Positions 26,560-40,500 of a stretch of DNA of 64,000 bases are shown here, piece after piece; position 1 is the first letter of the stretch; every line of letters begins with the position of its first letter. The DNA is from the human T2T-CHM13v2.0 reference genome, Homo sapiens: the NCBI RefSeq assembly GCF_009914755.1, contig NC_060925.1. One strand, 5' to 3'. Position numbers and translations under genes: made by a program. The notes below the pieces were generated by a model. It saw only the letters and a program-made list of their open reading frames with translations, was not told the DNA's origin and made no database searches.

Positions 26560-29500
26560 ATGAAATTGAAATGGATGGACTCATCATCGAATGGATTCGA
26601 AAGGAATCATCGAATAAAATTGATTGAAATCATCATCGAATGGAATCGAATGGTATCATTGAATGGAATCGAATGGAATCATCATCAGATGGAAATGAAT
26701 GGAATCGCCATAGAATGGAATCGAATGGATTCATTGAATGGAATCAGATGGAATCATCGAATGGACTGGAATGGAATCATTGAATGGACTCGAAAGGGAT
26801 CATGATTGAATGGAATTGAATGGAATCATCGAATGGTCTCGATTGGAATCATTATCAAATGGAATCGAATGGAATCACCGAATAGAATCGAATGGAACAA
26901 TCATCGAATGGACTCAAATGGAATTATCCTCAAATGGAATCGAATGGAATTATCGAATGCAATCGAATGGAATTATCGAATGCAATCGAATAGAATCATC
27001 GAATGGACTCGAATGGAATCATCGAATGGAATGGAATGGAACAGTCAATGAACTCGAATGGAATCATCATTGAATGGAATCGAATGGAATCATCGAGTGG
27101 AATCGAATGGAATTATGATCAAATGGAATCGAATGTAATCATCATCAAATGGAATCAAAAATAACCATCATCAATTGGTATTGAATGGAATTGTCATCAA
27201 ATGGAATTCAAAGGAATCATCATCAAATGGAACCGAATGGAATCCTCATTGAATGGAAATGAAAGGGGTCATCATCTAATGGAATCACATGGAATCATCA
27301 TCAAATGGAATCGAAGGGAATCATCATCAAATGGAATCTAATGGAATCATTGAACAGAATTGAATGGAATCGTCATCGAATGAATTGAATGCAATCATCG
27401 AATGGTCTCGAATGGAATCATCTTCTAATGGAAAGGAATGGAATCATCGCATAGAATCGAATGGAATTATCATCGAATGGAATCGAATGGTATCAACACC
27501 AAACGGAAAAAAACGGAATTATCGAATGGAATCGAAGAGAATCTTCGAACGGACCCGAATGGAATCATCTAATGGAATGGAATGGAATAATCCATGGACT
27601 CGAATGCAATCATCATCGAATGGAATCGAATGGAATCATCGAATGGACTCGAATGGAATAATCATTGAACGGAATCGAATGGAATCATTATCAGATGGAA
27701 ACGAATGGAATCATCATCGAATGGAAATGAAAGGAGTCATCATCTAATGGAATTGCATGGAATCATCATAAAATGGAATCGAATGGAATCATCATCGAAT
27801 GGAATCGAATAGAATTATGGAATGAAATCCAGTGTGATCATCATCGAATGGACCCGAATGCAATCATCATCCAACGGAAGCTAATGGAATCAACATCGAA
27901 TGAATCGAATGGAAACACCATCGAATTGAAACGAATGGAATTATCATGAAATTGAAATGGATGGACTCATCATCGAATGGATTCGAATGGAATCATCGAA
28001 TAAAATTGATTGAAATCATCATCAAATGGAATCGAATGGTATCATTGAATGGAATCGAATGGAATCATCATCAGATGGAAATGAATGGAATCGTCATAGA
28101 ATGGAATCGAATGGATTCATTGAATGGAATCAGATGGAATCATCGAATGGACTGGAATGGAATCATTGAATGGACTCGAAAGGGATCATTATTGAATGGA
28201 ATTGAATGGAATCATCGAATGGTCTCGATTGGAATCATTATCAAATGGAATCGAATGGAATCACCGAATAGAATCGAATGGAACAATCATCGAATGGACT
28301 CAAATGGAATTATCCTCAAATGGAATCGCATGGAATTATTGAATGCAATCGAATGGAATTATCGAATGCAATCGAATAGAATCATCGAATGGACTCGAAT
28401 GGAATCATCGAATGGAATGGAATGGAACAGTCAATGAACTCGAATGGAATCATCATTGAATGGAATCGAATGGAATCATCGAGTGGAATCGAATGGAATT
28501 ATGATCAAATGGAATCGAATGTAATCATCATCAAATGGAATCAAAAATAACCATCATCAATTGGTATTGAATGGAATTGTCATCAAATGGAATTCAAAGG
28601 AATCATCATCAAATGGAACCGAATGGAATCCTCATTGAATGGAAATGAAAGGTGTCATCATCTAATGGAATCGCACGGAATCATCATCAAATGGAATCGA
28701 ATGGAATCATCATCAAATGGAATCTAATGGAATCATTGAACAGAATTGAATGGAATCGTCATCGAATGAATTGAATGCAATCATCGAATGGTCTCGAATG
28801 GAATCATCTTCTAATGGAAAGGAATGGAATCATCGCATAGAATCGAATGGAATTATCATCGAATGGAATCGAATGGTATCAACACCAAACAGAAAAAAAC
28901 GGAATTATCGAATGGAATCGAAGAGAATCTTCGAACGGACCCGAATGGAATCATCTAATGGAATGGAATGGAATAATCCATGGACTCGAATGCAATCATC
29001 ATCGAATGGAATCGAATGGAATCATCGAATGGACTCGAATGGAATAATCACTGAACGGAATCGAATGGAATCATCATCGGATGGAAACGAATGGAATCAT
29101 CATCGAATGGAAATGAAAGGAGTCATCATCTAATGGAATTGCATGGAATCATCATAAAATGGAATCGAATGGAATCAACATCAAATGGAATCAAATGGAA
29201 TCATTGAACGGAATTGAATGGAATCGTCATCGAATGAATTGACTGCAATCATCGAATGGTCTCGAATGGAATCATCTTCAAATGGAATGGAATGGAATCA
29301 TCGCATAGAATCGAATGGAATTATCATCGAATGGAATCGAATGGAATCAACATCAAACGGAAAAAAACGGAATTATCGAATGGAATCGAAGAGAATCATT
29401 GAATGGACCCGAATGGAATCATCTAATGGAATGGAATGGAATAATCCATGGACTCGAATGCAATCATCATCGAATGGAATCGAATGGAATCATCGAATGG

Positions 29501-31575
29501 ACTCGAATGGAATAATCATTGAACGGAATCGAATGGAATCATCATCGGATGGAAATGAATGGAATCATCATCGAGTGGAAATGAAAGGAGTCATCATCTA
29601 ATGCAATTGCATGGAATCATCATCAAATGGAATCGAATGGAATCAACATCAAATGAAATCTAATGGAATCATTGAACAGAATTGAATGGAATCGTCATCG
29701 AATGAATTGACTGCAATCATCGAATGGTCTCCAATGGAATCATCTTCAAATGGAATGGAATGGAATCATCGCATAGAATCGAATGGAATTATCATCGAAT
29801 GGAATCGAATGGAATCAACATCAAACGGAAAAAAACGGAATTATCGAATGGAATCGAAGAGAATCATCGAATGGACCCGAATGGAATCATCTAATGGAAT
29901 GGAATGGAATAATCCATGGACTCGAATGCAATCATCATCGAATGGAATCGAATGGAATCATCGAATGGACTCGAATGGAATAATCATTGAACGGAATCGA
30001 ATGGAATCATCATCGGATGGAAATGAATGGAATCATCATCGAATGGAATCGAATAGAATTATGGAATGAAATCCAGTGTGATCATCATCGAATGGACCCG
30101 AATGGAATCATCATCCAACGGAAGCTAATGGAATCAACATCGAATGAATCAAATGGAAACACCATCGAATTGAAACGAATGGAATTATCATGAAATTGAA
30201 ATGGATGGACTCATCATCGAATGGATTCGAATGGAATCATCGAATAAAATTGATTGAAATCATCATCGAATGGAATCGAATGGTATCATTGAATGGAATC
30301 GAATGGAATCATCATCAGATGGAAATGAATGGAATCGTCATAGAATGGAATCGAATGGATTCATTGAATGGAATCAGATGGAATCATCGAATGGACTGGA
30401 ATGGAATCATTGAATGGACTCGAAAGGGATCATGATTGAATGGAATTGAATGGAATCATCGAATGATCTCGATTGGAATCATTATCAAATGGAATCGAAT
30501 GGAATCACCGAATAGAATCGAATGGAACAATCATCGAATGGACTCAAATGGAATTATCCTCAAATGGAATCGAATGGAATTATCAAATGCAATCGAATGG
30601 AATTATCGAATGCAATCGAATAGAATCATCGAATGGACTCGAATGGAATCATCGAATGGAATGGAATGGAACAGTCAATGAACTCGAATGGAATCATCAT
30701 TGAATGGAATCGAATGGAATCATCGAGTGGAATCGAATGGAATTATGATCAAATGGAATCGAATGTAATCATCATCAAATGGAATCAAAAATAACCATCA
30801 TCAATTGGTATTGAATGGAATTGTCATCAAATGGAATTCAAAGGAATCATCATCAAATGGAACCGAATGGAATCCTCATTGAATGGAAAAGAAAGGGGTC
30901 ATCATCTAATGGAATCACATGGAATCATCATCAAATGGAATCGAAGGGAATCATCATCAAATGGAATGTAATGGAATCATTGAACAGAATTGAATGGAAT
31001 CGTCATCGAATGAATTGAATGCAATCATCGAATGGTCTCGAATGGAATCATCTTCTAATGGAAAGGAATGGAATCATCGCATAGAATCGAATGGAATTAT
31101 CATCGAATGGAATCGAATGGTATCAACACCAAACGGAAAAAAACGGAATTATCGAATGGAATCGAAGAGAATCTTCGAACGGACCCGAATGGAATCATCT
31201 AATGGAATGGAATGGAATAATCCATGGACTCGAATGCAATCATCATCGAATGGAATCGAATGGAATCATCGAATGGACTCGAATGGAATAATCATTGAAC
31301 GGAATCGAATGGAATCATTATCAGATGGAAACGAATGGAATCATCATCGAATGGAAATGAAAGGAGTCATCATCTAATGGAATTGCATGGAATCATCATA
31401 AAATGGAATCGAATGGAATCATCATCGAATGGAATCGAATAGAATTATGGAATATAATCCAGTGTGATCATCATCGAATGGACCCGAATGGAATCATCAT
31501 CCAACGGAAGCCAATGGAATCAACATCGAATGAATCGAATGGAAACACCATCGAATTGAAACGAATGGAATTATC

Positions 31576-34414
31576 ATGAAATTGAAATGGATGGACTCAT
31601 CATCGAATGGATTCGAATGGAATCATCGAATAAAATTGATTGAAATCATCATCAAATGGAATCGAATGGTATCATTGAATGGAATCGAATGGAATCATCA
31701 TCAGATGGAAATGAATGGAATCGTCATAGAATGGAATCGAATGGATTCATTGAATGGAATCAGATGGAATCATCGAATGGACTGGAATGGAATCATTGAA
31801 TGGACTCGAAAGGGATCATTATTGAATGGAATTGAATGGAATCATCGAATGGTCTCGATTGGAATCATTATCAAATGGAATCAAATGGAATCACCGAATA
31901 GAATCGAATGGAACAATCATCGAATGGACTCAAATGGAATTATCCTCAAATGGAATCGAATGGAATTATCGAATGCAATCGAATGGAATTATCGAATGCA
32001 ATCGAATAGAATCATCGAATGGACTCGAATGGAATCATCGAATGGAATGGAATGGAACAGTCAATGAACTCGAATGGAATCATCATTGAATGGAATCGAA
32101 TGGAATCATCGAGTGGAATCGAATGGAATTATGATCAAATGGAATCGAATGTAATCATCATCAAATGGAATCAAAAATAACCATCATCAATTGGTATTGA
32201 ATGGAATTGTCATCAAATGGAATTCAAAGGAATCATCATCAAATGGAACCGAATGGAATCCTCATTGAATGGAAATGAAAGGGGTCATCATCTAATGGAA
32301 TCGCATGGAATCATCATCAAATGGAATCCAATGGAATCATCATCAAATGGAATCTAATGGAATCATTGAACAGAATTGAATGGAATCGTCATCGAATGAA
32401 TTGAATGCAATCATCGAATGGTCTCGAATGGAATCATCTTCTAATGGAAAGGAATGGAATCATCGCATAGAATCGAATGGAATTATCATCGAATGGAATC
32501 GAATGGTATCAACACCAAACGGAAAAAAACGGAGTTATCGAATGGAATCGAAGAGAATCTTCGAACGGACCCGAATGGAATCATCTAATGGAATGGAACG
32601 GAATAATCCATGGACTCGAATGCAATCATCATCGAATGGAATCGAATGGAATCATCGAATGGACTCGAATGGAATAATCATTGAACGGAATCGAATGGAA
32701 TCATCATCGGATGGAAACGAATGGAATCATCATCGAATGGAAATGAAAGGAGTCATCATCTAATGGAATTGCATGGAATCATCATAAAATGGAATCGAAT
32801 GGAATCAACATCAAATGGAATCAAATGGAATCATCGAACGGAATTGAATGGAATCGTCATCGAATGAATTGACTGCAATCATCGAATGGTCTCGAATGGA
32901 ATCATCTTCAAATGGAATGGAATGGAATCATCGCATAGAATCGAATGGAATTATCATCGAATGGAATCGAACGGAATCAACATCAAACGGAAAAAAACGG
33001 AATTATCGAATGGAATCGAAGAGAATCATCGAATGGACCCGAATGGAATCATCTAATGGAATGGAATGGAATAATCCATGGACTCGAATGCAATCATCAT
33101 CGAATGGAATCGAATGGAATCATCGAATGAACTCGAATGGAATCATCATTGAATGGAATCGAATGGAATCATCGAGTGGAATCGAATGGAATTATGATCA
33201 AATGGAATCGAATGTAATCATCATCAAATGGAATCAAAAATAACCATCATCAATTGGTATTGAATGGAATTGTCATCAAATGGAATTCAAAGGAATCATC
33301 ATCAAATGGAACCGAATGGAATCCTCATTGAATGGAAATGAAAGGGGTCATCATCTAATGGAATCGCATGGAATCATCATCAAATGGAATCGAATGGAAT
33401 CATCATCAAATGGAATCTAATGGAATCATTGAACAGAATTGAATGGAATCGTCATCGAATGAATTGAATGCAATCATCGAATGGTCTCGAATGGAATCAT
33501 CTTCTAATGGAAAGGAATGGAATCATCGCATAGAATCGAATGGAATTATCATCGAATGGAATCGAATGGTATCAACACCAAACGGAAAAAAACGGAATTA
33601 TCGAATGGAATCGAAGAGAATCTTCGAACGGACCCGAATGGAATCATCTAATGGAATGGAACGGAATAATCCATGGACTCGAATGCAATCATCATCGAAT
33701 GGAATCGAATGGAATCATCGAATGGACTCGAATGGAATAATCATTGAACGGAATCGAATGGAATCATCATCGGATGGAAACGAATGGAATCATCATCGAA
33801 TGGAAATGAAAGGAGTCATCATCTAATGGAATTGCATGGAATCATCATAAAATGGAATCGAATGGAATCAACATCAAATGGAATCAAATGGAATCATTGA
33901 ACGGAATTGAATGGAATCGTCATCGAATGAATTGACTGCAATCATCGAATGGTCTCGAATGGAATCATCTTCAAATGGAATGGAATGGAATCATCGCATA
34001 GAATCGAATGGAATTATCACCGAATGGAATCGAATGGAATCAACATCAAACGGAAAAAAACGGAATTATCGAATGGAATCGAAGAGAATCATCGAATGAA
34101 CCCGAATGGAATCATCTAATGGAATGGAATGGAATAATCCATGGACTCGAATGCAATCATCATCGAATGGAATCGAATGGAATCATCGAATGGACTCGAA
34201 TGGAATAATCATTGAACGGAATCGAATGGAATCATCATCGGATGGAAATGAATGGAATCATCATCGAATGGAATCGAATAGAATTATGGAATGAAATCCA
34301 GTGTGATCATCATCGAATGGACCCGAATGGAATCATCATCCAACGGAAGCTAATGGAATCAACATCGAATGAATCGAATGGAAACACCATCGAATTGAAA
34401 CGAATGGAATTATC
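31576..34414 (+). repeat. 2839-bp rearranged interval (1776+1063)
   Basis: A junction at ~33127 returns from the second module to the TGAACTCGAATGG spacer. First-module starts at 32380 and 33443 are 1063 bp apart. Confidence 0.88.
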
Positions 34415-37400
34415 ATGAAATTGAAATGGATGGACTCATCATCGAATGGATTCGAATGGAATCATCGAATAAAATTGATTGAAATCATCATCCAATGGAA
34501 TCGAATGGTATCATTGAATGGAATCGAATGGAATCATCATCAGATGGAAATGAATGGAATCGTCATAGAATGGAATCGAATGGATTCATTGAATGGAATC
34601 AGATGGAATCATCGAATGGACTGGAATGGAATCATTGAATGGACTCAAAAGGGATCATGATTGAATGGAATTGAATGGAATCATCGAATGGTCTCGATTG
34701 GAATCATTATCAAATGGAATCGAATGGAATCACCGAATAGAATCGAATGGAACAATCATCGAATGGACTCAAATGGAATTATCCTCAAATGGAATGGAAT
34801 GGAATTATTGAATGCAATCGAATGGAATTATCGAATGCAATCGAATAGAATCATCGAATGGATTCGAATGGAATCATCGAATGGAATGGAATGCAACAGT
34901 CAATGAACTCGAATGGAATCATCATTGAATGGAATCGAATGGAATCATCGAGTGGAATCGAATGGAATTATGATCAAATGGAATTGAATGTAATCATCAT
35001 CAAATGGAATCAAAAATAACCGTCATCAATTGGTATTGAATGGAATTGTCATCAAATGGAATTCCAAGGAATCATCATCAAATGGAACCGAATGGAATCC
35101 TCATTGAATGGAAATGAAAGGGGTCATCATCTAATGGAATCGCATGGAATCATCATCAAATGGAATCGAATGCAATCATCATCAAATGGAATCTAATGGA
35201 ATCATTGAACAGAATTGAATGGAATCGTCATCGAATGAATTGAATGCAGTCATCGAATGGTCTCGAATGGAATCATCTTCTAATGGAAAGGAATGGAATC
35301 ATCGCATAGAATCGAATGGAATGAACATTGAATGGACTAGAATGGAATCAACATCAAAAGGAATCAAGCGGAATTATCGAATGGAATCGAAAAGAATCAT
35401 CGAATGGACTCGAATGGAATCATCTAATGGAATGGAATGGAATAATCCATGGACTCGAATGAAATCATCATCGAATGGAATCGAATGGAATCATCGAATG
35501 GACTCGAATGGAATAATCATTGAACGGAATCGAATGGAATCATCATCGGATGGAAACGAATGGAATCATCATCGAATGGAAATGAAAGGAGACATAATCT
35601 AATGGAATTGCATGGAATCATCATAAAATGGAATCGAATGGAATCAACATCAAATGGAATCAAATGGAATCATTGAACGGAATTGAATGGAATCGTCATC
35701 GAATGAATTGAATGCAATCATCGAATGGTCTCGAATGGAATCATCTTCTAATGGAAAGGAATGGAATCATCGCATAGAATCGAATGGAATTAAAATTGAA
35801 TGAACTCGAATGGAATCAACATCAAACAGAAAAAATCGGTATTATCGAATGGAATCGAAGAGAATCATCGAATGGACCCGAATGGAATCAACTAATGGAA
35901 TGGAATGGAGTAATCCATGGACTCGAATGCAATCATCATCGAATGGAATCGAATGGAATCATCGAATGGACTCGAATGGAATAATCATTGAACGGAATCG
36001 AATGGAATCATCATCGGATGGAAACGAATGGAATCATCATCGAATGGAAATGAAAGGAGTCATGTAATCGAATTGCATGGAATCATCATAAAATGGAATC
36101 GATTGGAATCAACATCAAATGGAATCCAATGGAATCATTGAACGGAATTGAATGGAATCGTCATCGAATGAATTGAATGCAATCATCGAATGGTATCGAA
36201 TGGAATCATCTTCAAATGGAATGGAATGGAATCATCGCATAGAATCGAATGGAATTATCATCGAATGGAATCGAATGGAATCAACATCAAACGGAAAAAA
36301 ACGGAATTATCGAATGGAATCGAAGAGAATCATCGAATGGACCCGAATGGAATCATCTAATGGAATGGAATGGAATAATCCATGGACTCGAATGCAATCA
36401 TCATCGAATGGATTCGAATGGAATCATCGAATGGACTCGAATGGAATAATCATCGAACGGAAACGAATGGAATCATCATCGGATGGAAATGAATGGAATC
36501 ATCATCGAATGGAATCGAATGGAATCATCATCAAATGGAATCGAATGGAATCATCATCAAATGGAATCTAATGGAATCATTGAACAGAATTGAATGGAAT
36601 CGTCATCGAATGAATTGAATGCAATCATCGAATGGTCTCCAATGGAATCATCTTCTAATGGAAAGGAATGGAATCATCGCATAGAATCGAATGGAATTAA
36701 CATTGAATGGACTCGAATGGAATCAACATCAAACGGAATCAAGCGGAATTAACGAATGGAATCGAAGAGAATCATCGAATGGACTCGAATGGAATCACCT
36801 AATGGAATGGAATGGAATAATCCATGGACACGAATGCAATCATCATCGAATGGAATCGAATGGAATCATCGAATGGACTCGAATGGAATAATCATTGAAC
36901 GGAATCGAATGGAATCATCATCGGATGGAAACGAATGGAATCATCATCGAATGGAAATGAAAGGAGTCATCATCTAATGGAATTGCATGGAATCATCATA
37001 AAATGGAATCGAATGGAATCGACATCAAATGGAATCAAATGGAATCATTGAACGAAATTGAATGGAATCGTCGTCGAATGAATTGAATGCAATCATCGAA
37101 TGGTCTCGAATGGAATCATCTTCAAATGGAATGGAATGGAATCATCGCATAGAATCGAATGGAATTATCATCGAATGGCATCGAAAGGTATCAACAACAA
37201 ACGGAAAAAAACGGAATTATCGAATGGAATCGAAGAGAATCATCGAACGGAACCGAATGGAATCATCTAATGGAATGGAATGGAATTATCCATGGACTCG
37301 AATGCAATCATCATCGAATGGAATCGAATGGAATCATCGAATGGACTCGAATGGAATAATCATTGAACGGAATCTAATGGAATCATCATCGGATGGAAAT

Positions 37401-37565
37401 GAATGGAATCATCATCGAATGGAATCGAATAGAATTATGGAATGAAATCCAGTGTGATCATCATCGAATGGACCCGAATGGAATCATCATCCAACGGAAG
37501 CTAATGGAATCAACATCGAATGAATCGAATGGAAACACCATCGAATTGAAACGAATGGAATTATC
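34415..37565 (+). repeat. 3151-bp fused interval (three-module unit fused to the next unit by an ~866-bp deletion)
   Basis: Module starts at 35219, 35687, 36152, 36594 and 37062. The 36152 to 36594 spacing is 442 bp instead of 1308 bp. Confidence 0.85.
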
Positions 37566-40500
37566 ATGAAATTGAAATGGATGGACTCATCATCGAATGG
37601 ATTCGAATGGAATCATCGAATAAAATTGATTGAAATCATGATCAAATGGAATCGAAAGGTATCATTGAATGGAATCGAATGGAATCATCATCAGATGGAA
37701 ATGAATGGAATCGTCATAGAATGGAATCGAATGGATTCATTGAATGGAATCAGATGGAATCATCGAATGGACTGGAATGGAATCAGTGAATGGACTCGAA
37801 AGGGATCATCATTGAATGGAATTGAATGGAATCATCGAATGGTCTCGATTGGAATCATTATCAAATGGAATCGAATGAAATCACCGAATAGAATCGAATG
37901 GAACAATCATCGAATGGACTCAAATGGAATTATCTTCAAATGGAATCGAATGGAATTATCGAATGCAATCGAATGGAATTATCGAATGCAATCGAATAGA
38001 ATCATCGAATGGACTCGAATGGAATCATCGAATGGAATGGAATGGAACAGTCAATGAACTCGAATGGAATCATCATTGAATGGAATCGAATGGAATCATC
38101 GAGTGGAATCGAATGGAATTATGATCAAATGGAATCGAATGTAATCATCATCAAATGGAATCAAAAATAACCATCATCAAATGGTATTGATTGGATTGGT
38201 CATCAAATGGAATTCAAAGGAATCATCATCAAATGGAACAGAATGGAATCCTCATTGAATGGAAATGAAAGGGGTCATCATCTAATGGAATCGCATGGAA
38301 TCATCATCAAAAGGAATCGAATGGAATCATCATCAAATGGAATCTAATGGAATCATTGAACAGAATTGAATGGAATCGTCATCGAATGAATTGAATGCAA
38401 TCATCGAATTGTCTCGAATGGAATCATCTTCTAATGGAAAGGAATGGAATCATCGCATAGAATCGAATGGAATTAACATTGAATGGACTCGAATGGAATC
38501 CACATCAAACAGAATCAAGCGGAATTATCGAATGGAATCGAAGAGAATCATCGAATGGACTCGAATGGAATCATCTAATGGAATGGAATGGAATAATCCA
38601 CGGACTCGAATGAAATCATCATCATATAGAATCGAATGGAATCATCGAATGGACTCGAATGGATTAATCATTGAACGGAATCAAATGGAATCATCATCGA
38701 ATGGAAACGAACGGAATCATCATCGAATGGAAATGAAAAGAGTCATCATCTAATGGAATTGCATGGAATCATCATAAAATGGAATCGAATGGAATCAACA
38801 TCAAATGGAATCAAATGGAATCATTGAACGGAATTGAATGGAATCGTCATCGAATGAATTGAATGCAATCATCGAATGGTCTCGAATGGAATCATCTTCT
38901 AATGGAAAGGAATGGAATCATCGCATAGAATCGAATGGAATTAAAATTGAATGGACTCGAATGGAATCAACATCAAACGGAAAAAAACGGAATTATCGAA
39001 TGGAATCGAAGAGAATCATCGAATGGACCCGAATGTAATCATCTAATGGAATGGAATGGAATAATCCATGGACTCGAATGCAATCATCATCGAATGGAAT
39101 CGAATGGAATCATCGAATGGACACGAATGGAATAATCATTGAACGGAATCGAATGGAATCATCATCGGATAGAAACGAATGGAATCATCATCGAATGGAA
39201 ATGAAAGGAGTCATGTAATGGAATTGCATGGAATCATCATAAAATGGAATCGAATGGAATCAACATCAAATGGAATCCAATGGAATCATTGAACGGAAAT
39301 GAATGGAATCGTCATCGAATGAATTGAATGAAATCATCGAATGGTCTCGAATGGAATCATCTTCAAATGGAATGGAGTGGAATCATCGCATAGAATCGAA
39401 TGGAATTATCATCGAATGGAATCGAATGGAATCAACATCAAACGGAAAAAAAACGGAATTATCGAATGGAATCAAAGAGAATCATCGAATGGACCCGAAT
39501 GGAAACATCTAATGGAATGGAATGGAATAATCCATGGACTCGAATGCAATCATCATCGAATGGAATCGAATGGAATCATCGAATGGACTCGAATGGAATA
39601 ATCATCGAATGGAATCGAGTGGAATCTTCATCGGATGGAAATGAATGGAATCATCATCGAATGGAATCGAATAGAATTATGGAATGAAATCCAGTGTGAT
39701 CATCATCGAATGGACCCGAATGGAATCATCATACAACGGAAGCTAATGGAATCAACATCGAATGAATCGAATGGAAACACCATCGAATTGAAACGAATGG
39801 AATTATCATGAAATTGAAATGGATGGACTCATCATCGAATGGATTCGAATGGAATCATCGAATAAAATTGATTGAAATCATCATCAAATGGAATCGAATG
39901 GTATCATTGAATGGAATCGAATGGAATCATCATCAGATGGAAATGAATGGAATCGTCATAGAATGGAATCGAATGGATTCATTGAATGGAATCAGATGGA
40001 ATCATCGAATGGACTGGAATGGAATCATTGAATGGACTCGAAAGGGATCATTATTGAATGGAATTGAATGGAATCATCGAATGGTCTCGATTGGAATCAT
40101 TATCAAATGGAATCGAATGGAATCACCGAATAGAATCGAATGGAACAATCATCGAATGGAATCAAATGGAATTATCCTCAAATGGAATCGAATGGAATTA
40201 TCGAATGCAATCGAATGGAATTATCGAATGCAATCGAATAGAATCATCGAATGGATTCGAATGGAATCATCGAATGGAATGGAATGGAACAGTCAATGAA
40301 CTCGAATGGAATCATCATTGAATGGAATCGAATGGAATCATCGAGTGGAATCGAATGGAATTATGATCAAATGGAATTGAATGTAATCATCATCAAATGG
40401 AATCAAAAATAACCATCATCAATTGGTATTGAATGGAATTGTCATCAAATGGAATTCAAAGGAATCATCATCAAATGGAACCGAATGGAATCCTCATTGA

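Noticed and set aside
39443-39456. A8 instead of A7 in CGGAAAAAAACGG (and a 1-bp-shorter form at ~55497)
   Set aside because: Single-base homopolymer differences could be sequencing error or ordinary slippage and are not informative.
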